Shown here piece by piece: positions 7,710-15,698 of a DNA stretch of 46,572 bases. The position numbers and the translations under genes are program-made. The stretch spans positions 1-46,572 of IMG/VR virus record IMGVR_UViG_3300027653_000019; one strand, 5' to 3'. How positions within the stretch are numbered: the stretch's first letter is position 1; every line of letters begins with the position of its first letter. A model generated the notes under the pieces. That model was not told the origin of the DNA. It made no database searches and was given only the letters and a program-made list of their open reading frames with translations. Source of the DNA: a virus. Its lineage: Duplodnaviria > Caudoviricetes.

Positions 7710-8630
7710 TCACAGCCAGGGATGTGTATCCCCCCTCATCGTCCCCATCATGAGGTGCTGGGCGTAAGCGGAGTTCGCGCTGACCCCATCGGCCCCCCTC
7801 CTGGCCGCGTTCAGGTCCCCGCCCTTTACGTGGTTATCAACATCGAGCCACATGTCCGGGGGGAAGGACGCCACGCTAGTCAGCATTGCAAACGACCTCC
7901 ATGACGGCATCCACCTCCGATTGGTTACCCATGAGGACGAGTCGGACGACCCCCGGTGCGCCATGGCGATGAGGTTCTGATTAGGTGTCGCCCCAAGGAG
8001 GTGGGTCCATAGGTATGGGTATGCGCGCGCCCGTTCCGCCGCGGTCCACATGAGCCGCAGCCGTACCGGCTGGGATGCCTTGACGATGTTCCCGACGCAA
8101 ATACGGTCATAGCCGCGGGCTAGCGTGTCGTAGTAGTCCCACCCGTCGAGCAGGGGGTGATACACCGGGATTGGGACGATCCCGAACTCCTCCTCGATCC
8201 TCGCCCGCGTCCTCGGCTTATGACCCATCCCGCCCTGGTCAAGCTCGATGGCGCCCCACAGCCGGTCGCCGAACCGTGTCACGACCTCGCCGTAGCCGTC
8301 CCATAGTCGGTCGAACCCGTCAATCTCCTCGGGCGGCATTGATAGGCCAACGTCGTGTGATGTGTTGTGCTTCCGCGCATGCTCCATGGCGAGGTTGAAG
8401 ATGCCGGAGTCCAACAGCACGCGGCGCGTGTCGAGCAGTCGGTCGAACCGGTCCCAGGACGCCCGTGACCTCAGCTCGTTAACCGCGACAAGCACCTGCG
8501 GGTGGGGGGTTGCTAGTAGGGCGGTAGCGTCCCCCGCCAGAAAGTAGATGTAATGCTCGTCGGGGTCGAATACGTCCCCGGTTGTGGCCTTGACGCCCCG
8601 GGGGAGGTTCCGTTCAGCGGGGGCGGTCAT
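7710..8630 (-). CDS. TGT-fold (queuine tRNA-ribosyltransferase/DpdA-like) base-exchange enzyme
   Basis: LLDSGIF, IELD, IPVYH, ICVG, HLLG and SDSSSW motifs in TGT TIM-barrel order. Confidence 0.7.
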   Translation of the reverse strand: MTAPAERNLPRGVKATTGDVFDPDEHYIYFLAGDATALLATPHPQVLVAVNELRSRASWDRFDRLLDTRRVLLDSGIFNLAMEHARKHNTSHDVGLSMPPEEIDGFDRLWDGYGEVVTRFGDRLWGAIELDQGGMGHKPRTRARIEEEFGIVPIPVYHPLLDGWDYYDTLARGYDRICVGNIVKASQPVRLRLMWTAAERARAYPYLWTHLLGATPNQNLIAMAHRGSSDSSSWVTNRRWMPSWRSFAMLTSVASFPPDMWLDVDNHVKGGDLNAARRGADGVSANSAYAQHLMMGTMRGDTHPWL

Positions 8631-9412
8631 TTGATTCGCTCCACCGTCTCGTCAGGGAACGCGCTGCGGTGTTTGTCGATGAGATGCCCCGCCAGGTAGG
8701 TGTTCGGCTGCACCAGCAGCATGGTTTCGTCCCGCGCCCGATCCGACATGGTGAGGTAGGGGTCGGGGTAGGGGCAGAACAGTACGCCCTCCGTGAGGTA
8801 GTCCCGCCACAGCGGCCACTCGGTGAGGAGCTTGGCGACCACGAGGATGTGCCTGCCGATGTGCCACACCTCGTGGGCGGTGACGGCCTGGCGTGGTTCG
8901 GCCATGGTCACGTCCACGACCTGAAGTAGCTCCCCGGTTGTGGGGGCCCGTGCCTCGTCATCTGTCTCGCCGTACTCCTCCATAATCCGGTCGAGCCCGT
9001 GGCCCTCCTGTTCGATGAGGTCGCGGAGGTTGTCGGCATCGTCGTCGTCGTACAGTGTGCCGTCCATGCTGTCCATGGCCATGAGTAGGTCCAGGATGGT
9101 CCGGTTGTCGTTGGTGGCAATGTCGGAGGAGCGGTTGTCGGCGAGCATGATTTTTATGCCGGTCTCGTCATCCACGTCCCTCCAAATGACGGGGATCTCG
9201 GTTAACCCGGCCTCCAGCATGGCCAGGTAGCGGTGGTTGCCGACGAGAATGTGGCCGGTGGACCGCTGGGCGATCACGGGGGTGTACACGCCGTGGTGTT
9301 TCATGGACGTGTAGATCGCGCCTATATCGCCCCGCCTGGGGTTATCCGGGTGGGTTCGCAGCTTGGTCGGCGTCACGTATTCGACCGCCAGGTTAGTGGT
9401 GTCGGCCTTCAT
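8627..9412 (-). CDS. ParB-N domain protein 2, with a degenerate MTase-linker-like C-terminus
   Basis: HPDNPR, ILVGNHRY, IMLADNR; EVWHIGRHILV resembles the linker of ParB-methylase fusions; ATGA overlap. Confidence 0.8.
   Translation of the reverse strand: MKADTTNLAVEYVTPTKLRTHPDNPRRGDIGAIYTSMKHHGVYTPVIAQRSTGHILVGNHRYLAMLEAGLTEIPVIWRDVDDETGIKIMLADNRSSDIATNDNRTILDLLMAMDSMDGTLYDDDDADNLRDLIEQEGHGLDRIMEEYGETDDEARAPTTGELLQVVDVTMAEPRQAVTAHEVWHIGRHILVVAKLLTEWPLWRDYLTEGVLFCPYPDPYLTMSDRARDETMLLVQPNTYLAGHLIDKHRSAFPDETVERIK
9144..9184. repeat. 41-bp identical block within the ~300-bp duplicated ParB-N coding region (partner 11542-11582)
   Basis: agcatgatttttatgccggtctcgtcatccacgtccctcca at both sites. 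Confidence 0.95.
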
Positions 9413-10071
9413 TGATTGTCCCCCTGTTGGTGATTCCGGGTGCCGGTGAGTTGTAGGACCTCGGGCCTGTACAGTGGCGCCCCATCGAAGGATGGTTCCC
9501 ACGTCGCAAGCCGGTCGTCCTGGGGGATGACGCGCACGTCCCCCGATGCGACGGCATCCGCGGCCGCGGCGAGCATGTCCAGCCCTATTGGTGATAGATA
9601 TTCGCGCCACAGGTGCCTGTGATCGATGCCGGGCGGTATGACAACGTGCCTCTGGTCATGCAGGGGGCCGCCGTCCACGCGGTCGGTTAGGTGGTAGATC
9701 GATCCGCCCACAACCCTCTCCCCCATCCGGGCCTGCCAGCGCACGGCGTCCCGACCGCGGTGTAGCGGCAATAGGGATGGGTGGTATCCCATCGCGTATG
9801 GGGCGCGCGCCCGGGTGCGTGCGCCAATGAACGCGTGAGAATGTGCGGTAAGGATTAGCTCCGTCCCCTCGGGGACGGCCTCCGGGGTGAGGGTGGAAAC
9901 GACGGTGAGGGGCGCTCCCCCGTATATAGCCCACAGTGCAAGAAGGTCCGCCTTCCCCCGTCGCCCCCTTTCGGGGGCGGCGACACCTACGATCCGGTGG
10001 CCGCGGTCGATGAGCCGCTCCGCCGCTTGCCTGCCGAACCAGCCGGACCCGGCCAGGAAAATACGAGTCAC
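9409..10071 (-). CDS. Formyltransferase (Fmt/PurN fold)
   Basis: GYHPSLLPLHRGRDAVRW and GGSIYHLTDRVDGGP motifs. Confidence 0.88.
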   Translation of the reverse strand: MTRIFLAGSGWFGRQAAERLIDRGHRIVGVAAPERGRRGKADLLALWAIYGGAPLTVVSTLTPEAVPEGTELILTAHSHAFIGARTRARAPYAMGYHPSLLPLHRGRDAVRWQARMGERVVGGSIYHLTDRVDGGPLHDQRHVVIPPGIDHRHLWREYLSPIGLDMLAAAADAVASGDVRVIPQDDRLATWEPSFDGAPLYRPEVLQLTGTRNHQQGDNQ

Positions 10072-11249
10072 CCCGAGACCTTTCCGTAGTAGCGGAACCC
10101 CTGCACGGCCCGGAGGTGTCCCCCGTAGCCGACGCCTACACCCCCGGAGTCGAGCAACGAGTCGCGTGACCTTTTACGGTTCACCCCGTGAAGGACACCG
10201 CTGATCTGACGCCATGCGGGCGAGCGGCGCAGCCCCGCACACAGCCCCGGATGGGAGGTGTGGAAAACGGTGGTCATTCGCCTCGGCAACACGCCGTGGC
10301 CCTCTAGCTGCATTTGGGCTACGTGGTTGAGGAACCTCATACCAACCCCGGCGCCCTGCCATTCCGGTAGGACGACCATACGGCAGGCACGGGCCTCTAC
10401 CGCCCACACGCGGCGGCCCCTGGCGTTCCTGGCGGCCACGCTGCTCGTGCCCATACCGAGGTGCGCTACCGGCTCGCCGTCAACGAAGGCGACATAACAT
10501 TTTGCGCCGATCATGGGTCCCGAATCTAGATAGTGATGTGGCTTGAAAAATGGCCATAAGTCCCACCCACCCACCCGGATTTCCACGTTGATCCTCGGTC
10601 GGGACCACGGCCTTTCCCCCTCCTGTTCTCGTGCCTCGCGCGTCTGAAAGCGGTGGGTCGCCGTGTCGTATACCCAATCCGGTTCGACCCAATCGAGAAT
10701 GTCGTAATGGCAGGACAGGAGGACGGCCTTACCCCGGGTCCGTCGCCACGCCTTGGCGAACGCCCCGGCCCCTACCCTCGCGATCTGTCGATCCACTACG
10801 GAGGTGAACTCGTCGAGTACAACCCGGGGGGGCTGTTCCGCGAGGACGCGGGCGAGGTCGGCGCGGAATCGTTGGCCGGTGGACAGCACCCGGTAGGGCC
10901 GTAGCCAGGTGGGCACATCGCCGAGCCCGGCGGATGATAGGGCGCCCGTCACGGCGTCGAAGTCCCCGCCGGGGGCGATGGCGTCAACGATGGGGGCGTC
11001 CTCGGGCCACCCGTCAGGCTCATAGAAGGCCCCCCCTCCCCATAGTGCCCGGCCTATGGAGGACTTACCGGACCCGGAGGGGCCGACGATGACCCCGATA
11101 GACCAGTCGCCGTCGAGGTCCACGGCGAGGTTGGCGTTGAGGGTAAAGCGGGTCGCCTGCTCGTCGGTGGCGTTAAACAGGGACTTGACGCGGTTGGCGC
11201 GGTAGGACTGTGCCGGGGGGACGGATTGGTCGATGCGGATAGTGGGCAT
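10068..11249 (-). CDS. ABC-type ATPase fused to a Mom-like GNAT acyltransferase
   Basis: GPSGSGKS, LSTGQ, VVLDEF; C-terminal HHYL and RMVVLPEWQGAGVG (acyl-CoA binding). Confidence 0.85.
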   Translation of the reverse strand: MPTIRIDQSVPPAQSYRANRVKSLFNATDEQATRFTLNANLAVDLDGDWSIGVIVGPSGSGKSSIGRALWGGGAFYEPDGWPEDAPIVDAIAPGGDFDAVTGALSSAGLGDVPTWLRPYRVLSTGQRFRADLARVLAEQPPRVVLDEFTSVVDRQIARVGAGAFAKAWRRTRGKAVLLSCHYDILDWVEPDWVYDTATHRFQTREAREQEGERPWSRPRINVEIRVGGWDLWPFFKPHHYLDSGPMIGAKCYVAFVDGEPVAHLGMGTSSVAARNARGRRVWAVEARACRMVVLPEWQGAGVGMRFLNHVAQMQLEGHGVLPRRMTTVFHTSHPGLCAGLRRSPAWRQISGVLHGVNRKRSRDSLLDSGGVGVGYGGHLRAVQGFRYYGKVSG

Positions 11250-11810
11250 TTAAACGGTCACCACCCGGCACTCGAACCCCTGCTCGCGCAGCGTCTCGTA
11301 TGTGGCCTCCTGGTGTGCCTCGTCGGTGCATATAACGGTGACGGCGTATTGCTCCCGGTAGTTGTCGCTATCGGGGGCGGTTAGGAGGTCCGCGGACCCG
11401 GGTGCGCCGAGTAGTTCCTGTGTGAGATTGTCTAGGTCATCCCCGTCGTATAAGGAGCCCTCCAGGTCGGGCAGCGCTTGCAGGAGGGTGAGCATAGCGG
11501 ACTCGTCGTTGCTCGCGAGGTCGGACGCACGGTTGTCGGCCAGCATGATTTTTATGCCGGTCTCGTCATCCACGTCCCTCCAGATCACCGGAATCTCCGT
11601 CATCCCGGCCTCTAGCATCGCCCGGTAACGGTGGTTGCCGACGAGAATGTGCCCGGTGGACCGCTGCGCTATCACAGGCGTATAGACGCCGTGATGTTTA
11701 ATCGACGTGTAGATCGCCCCCACGTCACCCTGCCGCGGGTTGTCGGGATGGGTTCGCAGCTCGGTGGGTTCGACGTACTCCACCTGCAAGCTCGTTGTGT
11801 CCGCTTTCAT
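11250..11810 (-). CDS. ParB-N domain protein 1 with a small C-terminal domain
   Basis: Same ParB-N motifs as 8627..9412; ATGA-coupled to terminase. Confidence 0.85.
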   Translation of the reverse strand: MKADTTSLQVEYVEPTELRTHPDNPRQGDVGAIYTSIKHHGVYTPVIAQRSTGHILVGNHRYRAMLEAGMTEIPVIWRDVDDETGIKIMLADNRASDLASNDESAMLTLLQALPDLEGSLYDGDDLDNLTQELLGAPGSADLLTAPDSDNYREQYAVTVICTDEAHQEATYETLREQGFECRVVTV

Positions 11811-13492
11811 CGTGCTCCTCCTCGTCGTCCGCGCCGGTCGGTCATCGCGGCCCGCGCGATGTTGCGCGGTGCCCCCATTGTGGCCAGCCTGTGGGTGGGG
11901 TTACGGCCCGGCACCGTCACCGTGCCCCGCCCGGCGTCACGGAACTCCAGCAGCGCCTGGCTGAGGGCGTCCACCTGGTCATCGTTGATGTCGTGGGGGA
12001 AGTTCCGTAGTTCGCTCAGCAGGTCGGGCACCCATGATGCCTCCTGCGGGTGAGGCAGCAGGACGTGACCGGACTCGACCTCGGGGGTGATGGCGCGGGC
12101 GCGGGCCTCCTTGGAATCGCGTGGCCTCACGGATTTCATGCCCGAAACCTTGTTGCGCATCACGTCGAGGATCGCGGGGCCATTGGCGGACTCCTCCACC
12201 AGCCGCAGGTGAACGTGGGCGCCGTAGGGGGAGGCGAACTCGTCATCCGTTTTGGCCCACTCCTCCATCTCCTCCAGCGCCTGCGTGAACGACCACCGTC
12301 CGCGGCGCTGGGCGACAAGCACCCGGTAGGGGCCGGTGCGCACCCAGCGTTGACCGACCACAAAGTCGCTGGAATCGGTGCCCTTGAATGACGTGTCCCA
12401 CGAGTCGAGCCACCGCCCGGTGGTGAGCTGTTCCCGGTCGAGGAGGATCACCCGGTCGTCGTCGGCCAGGTTGGGGTCTAGCGTCCAGTACCGCCACCAC
12501 GTGTCGTCGAAAATGGCGCCCTGAGCGGGGGCGGGGGTTTGCTGGTAGAGCGCGGCCCACGTGTAGGAGCCGACGGTGCGGCGGGTCTCATCCCACCGGG
12601 TTAGCGCCTCGTCACGGTCCTCATCTAGAAGGGGCGACAGTAGCGGCTCCCCGACCGCGCGGCCCAACGGGTCGTCCTCCCCGGCGAGCGCCCCTAACCG
12701 GATGTACTCCCACCGGGCGGGGTCCCCCTCATATTCGGCGGACATGAGGCGGCCGATGAGGTCGTCCTCATGCCAACGGGACATGACGACAATGACGAGG
12801 TAGGGCGGTTCGAGTCGGGTTTGGGCGGTGGACAGCCACCAGTCCCACAGCCGCTGCCGGTGCACCTCGGAATGGGCGTCGGCGAAGTCCTTTACCGGGT
12901 CGTCGATGAGGAACACTCGGGCGCCGCGGCCGATAATGGGGCCCTGGGTGGACGTGGCGAACACGCCGCCACCGTTGTCGGTGGCCCACCGGGTACCGGC
13001 CCCACCGTCGGGGGCGATGGACACCCCGAGGGTCGGGTGCTCCTCAATCGTGTTGCGGATCGAGCGGGCCCACTCCCCTGCCAGCGCCCCATCCTGGGAG
13101 GTCATAATGATCTGCCATTCGGGGTGACGGCGCAGCAGCCACAGGGGGGTGTGCTGGGACAGCAGCGTCGACTTACCCGCACGCGGTGGCATGGATACGG
13201 CCAGCAGCCGGTTTTGGCCGCGTTCCACGTCACGCACCGCTACGGTGATGCGTTCCGCGAGGTAGTCCAGGTGCGGGCGGGCCCGGTAGGTGTCGTCGAG
13301 TTCGAGGGCCTGGGCGACGGGGGTTGCTGGCAGGCCCAGGCCATGTTCCAGGCGGTAGCGGCGTGTAATCTGGCTGATCCGTCGGGCCACGGCGCGGGCC
13401 TCGGCGTCGTTGGTGGCGGCGGCGGACAGTGTGCGGAGGCGGTCGAGGAGTTCACGCACATCATTCGGGTGTGTCGGCAGTGTCGCCGTCAT
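11807..13492 (-). CDS. terL: Terminase large subunit
   Basis: SMPPRAGKS Walker A, FLIDDP Walker B, SWDTS and NDDQVDA nuclease motifs. Confidence 0.95.
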   Translation of the reverse strand: MTATLPTHPNDVRELLDRLRTLSAAATNDAEARAVARRISQITRRYRLEHGLGLPATPVAQALELDDTYRARPHLDYLAERITVAVRDVERGQNRLLAVSMPPRAGKSTLLSQHTPLWLLRRHPEWQIIMTSQDGALAGEWARSIRNTIEEHPTLGVSIAPDGGAGTRWATDNGGGVFATSTQGPIIGRGARVFLIDDPVKDFADAHSEVHRQRLWDWWLSTAQTRLEPPYLVIVVMSRWHEDDLIGRLMSAEYEGDPARWEYIRLGALAGEDDPLGRAVGEPLLSPLLDEDRDEALTRWDETRRTVGSYTWAALYQQTPAPAQGAIFDDTWWRYWTLDPNLADDDRVILLDREQLTTGRWLDSWDTSFKGTDSSDFVVGQRWVRTGPYRVLVAQRRGRWSFTQALEEMEEWAKTDDEFASPYGAHVHLRLVEESANGPAILDVMRNKVSGMKSVRPRDSKEARARAITPEVESGHVLLPHPQEASWVPDLLSELRNFPHDINDDQVDALSQALLEFRDAGRGTVTVPGRNPTHRLATMGAPRNIARAAMTDRRGRRGGAR

Positions 13493-13994
13493 CGCTGACC
13501 ACCTCCTCGATTACCTCGGCCTCTAGCATGTGATCCAGCTCGGCGAGGGCGGTCTGCATTTCGCGGCGTACCGACACCGATAGGTCGACCTGTTGGGGAA
13601 CGTTGAGGCCGTTCATTTTCGCCCGGTGCTCACTGAGACGACGGAACTCACTCACGGCCTTAATGTCACCCTCCAGCACCCGGGCCCATATGGCGGCCTG
13701 GGCCCGGTCGACGCGCGCGTTTTCGAGGGCGCGCATGTGGGCGACGGTGCGGTTCTCCGCGGTCGTCAACAGGTTGTCAATGAGGCTGGTGACCCGCGAC
13801 TCGCTGATCCCGAGGCGTTCCGCGATAGTGCCTATTGGTAGCCCGGCTAGGCGCATGGATAGGGCCTCGACCCGTCGGGCGCGGCTGATTTCCTTTGCCG
13901 CGGGGGTGTTGTGCGGGGCGCCGGAGGTGCGGCCCGATTGGTCAAGGGCGGCCGACACCTCGGCCGCTGCGTCGGAGGGTTTAGCCATGGTCAT
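13461..13994 (-). CDS. Terminase small subunit / HTH protein
   Basis: EALSMRLAGLPIGTIAERLGIS HTH; immediately upstream of terL. Confidence 0.75.
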   Translation of the reverse strand: MTMAKPSDAAAEVSAALDQSGRTSGAPHNTPAAKEISRARRVEALSMRLAGLPIGTIAERLGISESRVTSLIDNLLTTAENRTVAHMRALENARVDRAQAAIWARVLEGDIKAVSEFRRLSEHRAKMNGLNVPQQVDLSVSVRREMQTALAELDHMLEAEVIEEVVSDDGDTADTPE

Positions 13995-14257
13995 CTCCAC
14001 AGCGACTCGGGGTGTCGGGCGGTCCAGTCCTCGATGACCTGCGGGTAAAGGTCCCTTTCGGTGCGTAACCGTATTTCGGTGTACTCCTCTGCGTAGCGTT
14101 CCATGAGCCGTTTACGGGTGAGTCGCATGACGTTCTGGGCGAAGTTGTTGCAGGTGGGGCAGCGGTTGCGGCGGTTGCCGATTCTGGCCATGCCGGTGTG
14201 GCCGCGCATCCTGCATTCGGGGCACGGCAGCGCCGGGATGTCTAATGGGTCGGCCAC
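13991..14257 (-). CDS. Small Zn-finger protein (CPEC...CPTC)
   Basis: ORF track; ATGA-coupled to terS. Confidence 0.7.
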   Translation of the reverse strand: MADPLDIPALPCPECRMRGHTGMARIGNRRNRCPTCNNFAQNVMRLTRKRLMERYAEEYTEIRLRTERDLYPQVIEDWTARHPESLWR

Positions 14258-14263
14258 GCCCCG

Positions 14264-14276
14264 AGGGTACTACGTA
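14264..14276 (-). promoter_or_regulatory. Putative leaderless late promoter (CGTAG-TACCCT, 6 nt before GTG)
   Basis: Matches 1222-1234. Confidence 0.45.
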
Positions 14277-14642
14277 CTACAGATCGGTCATCTGCATCAC
14301 GTCGCTGGTGTCACCCTCGGCGGCCGCGTACAGCAGGCGGGCGGGTAGGGACACCTCGGCGTGGCCCTCGTAGCGGTGGCAGCAGTTGTCGAACTCCCAA
14401 CCCGAGCCGGTGAGCACTTCGATCATGCCCAGGCTGTCCTCGATGATGGAGCCGATGGGGAGGGCGGCGAGGTCGTCCACGGTCGTGATGACGCGGGGCT
14501 GGAACAGGGGCAGGACGGCCTCGACTATCTTCTTGCGGAGTCGGCCGGTGTCCCTCCCGATCACGGCCACGGGGTCGGGATGGTTCATGGCGTTGAACAG
14601 GACGGCGCCGACGGCGCGGTCCACGGCGTCTCGCTTGATCAT
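14277..14642 (-). CDS. Hypothetical protein with an ITT..L.ALP.GS.I module
   Basis: ATGA overlap, GAGG SD; module shared with 2697..3407. Confidence 0.75.
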   Translation of the reverse strand: MIKRDAVDRAVGAVLFNAMNHPDPVAVIGRDTGRLRKKIVEAVLPLFQPRVITTVDDLAALPIGSIIEDSLGMIEVLTGSGWEFDNCCHRYEGHAEVSLPARLLYAAAEGDTSDVMQMTDL

Positions 14643-14941
14643 TCGGGCACCTCGGGGGGGTTCAGGCAGTCGGCGCAGTGGCGGGACTCGGCCCACCCGA
14701 GCGTCGTGACGTGGGTGGGCGTGACGGGCTTGTGGCAGCGCTGGCAGGTGGGCGGGGGCCAGGTGAGGAGCCCGGCGTGAGAGAGCGCTTCGGCGACGTG
14801 ACGGTGGTATTGCTTCCAGAAGCCGTGTGCGTCCCGTCCCCACTCGGGTTCCCAGGAGCACGCGCAGATGACCTCCGGCGTGCGGAGGAGTTGGTGGTGG
14901 GTTAGCACGGCGGCGGCGAGGTCGATCATGGGGTCCGGCAT
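14639..14941 (-). CDS. Cys/His-rich hypothetical protein
   Basis: GGAGGAGG SD before MPDPMIDL; HVAEALSHAGLL resembles the AQALADAGLL linker. Confidence 0.75.
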   Translation of the reverse strand: MPDPMIDLAAAVLTHHQLLRTPEVICACSWEPEWGRDAHGFWKQYHRHVAEALSHAGLLTWPPPTCQRCHKPVTPTHVTTLGWAESRHCADCLNPPEVPE

Positions 14942-14987
14942 GGCGGCCTCCTCCCTACGTGTACGGCCAGCATACGGTCGGGGCGGT

Positions 14988-15179
14988 TCACGTTCGGCTC
15001 CAGGGTCCGGTGTCATCGTGGTAGCGGATGCGCTGGCGCATCGTGGTCGGACGGCCGGGGTGGACGCGGAAGAAGTGATCGTCGGCCCAATCCGCCACTT
15101 CGTCGGGGGACGCGAGCCAGAGCGACAAGCCGTGGCAGTAGTCGCACCTGCCCCGCCAGTCCATTACGGCGGGGATCAT
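14988..15179 (-). CDS. Small Zn-binding protein
   Basis: CDYC...H...H; ATGA overlap. Confidence 0.6.
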   Translation of the reverse strand: MIPAVMDWRGRCDYCHGLSLWLASPDEVADWADDHFFRVHPGRPTTMRQRIRYHDDTGPWSRT

Positions 15180-15382
15180 GCGGGCCTCCGTGAAGGGTGC
15201 AGTCGGTACAGGTGGCGGGTGAGGTCGCGGACCCGCGTAAATGGGCCTTCGTCGCAGACCTGGCAGAACAGGGCGGGGCGCCCGGCGCGTAGGACCTCGC
15301 GCGTGAGGGGGCCGAGGGTGCCGTCTAGCATGCGGCCCTCCTCCCCCTGGGCGGGTGTGGGGGACATGCGGGTTCCCTTCAT
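15176..15382 (-). CDS. C2H2 zinc-finger micro-protein
   Basis: FCQVCDEGPFTRVRDLTRHLYRLH. Confidence 0.65.
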   Translation of the reverse strand: MKGTRMSPTPAQGEEGRMLDGTLGPLTREVLRAGRPALFCQVCDEGPFTRVRDLTRHLYRLHPSRRPA

Positions 15383-15386
15383 CGGG

Positions 15387-15590
15387 TTAGGTGACGTTGA
15401 CCCAGCGCATGACGGTACGGAGCATGTGGTCGTAGTCGCCGCTGGAGGCTTCGTTAAGGAAGTCGTTTGCCTCGTCCCGGGGCACTCCGTGGCTGAGGAG
15501 GAGGGCGCGGACGAAGCCGAGGATGTAGAAGGCGTTGCCGTCGCGGGCGCTGAGGTCGGCGGTGATGTGGGGGTACTTGGGTGTGGTCAT
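15387..15590 (-). CDS. Small phage protein (DGNAF...DYDH.L family)
   Basis: Recognisable motif; cassette upstream. Confidence 0.8.
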   Translation of the reverse strand: MTTPKYPHITADLSARDGNAFYILGFVRALLLSHGVPRDEANDFLNEASSGDYDHMLRTVMRWVNVT

Positions 15591-15648
15591 GATGTTCCCC
15601 TCTCCGTGTGTGTATTACTAGTATAGCTCGGTGGGGGTGGGACTGCAA
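15591..15648 (-). promoter_or_regulatory. Early promoter+RBS cassette (TTGCAG-17-TATACT)
   Basis: Motif family. Confidence 0.8.
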
Positions 15649-15652
15649 CAGA

Positions 15653-15690
15653 TTGAGGCCCGCAACCCCACACCGGGACGCGGGCCTCAA
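15653..15690 (-). terminator. Hairpin terminator after the endolysin
   Basis: ttgaggcccgc/gcgggcctcaa 11-bp inverted repeat just after the stop. Confidence 0.7.
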
Positions 15691-15698
15691 CCATCAAC

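Noticed and set aside
10068-11249. ABC transporter subunit
   Set aside because: Fused to a GNAT domain and has no adjacent permease; matches soluble phage ATPase-acyltransferase fusions
8627-11810. ParB genes as a plasmid-prophage partition system
   Set aside because: No ParA, no ParB HTH domain or parS array; the context is terminase plus modification enzymes
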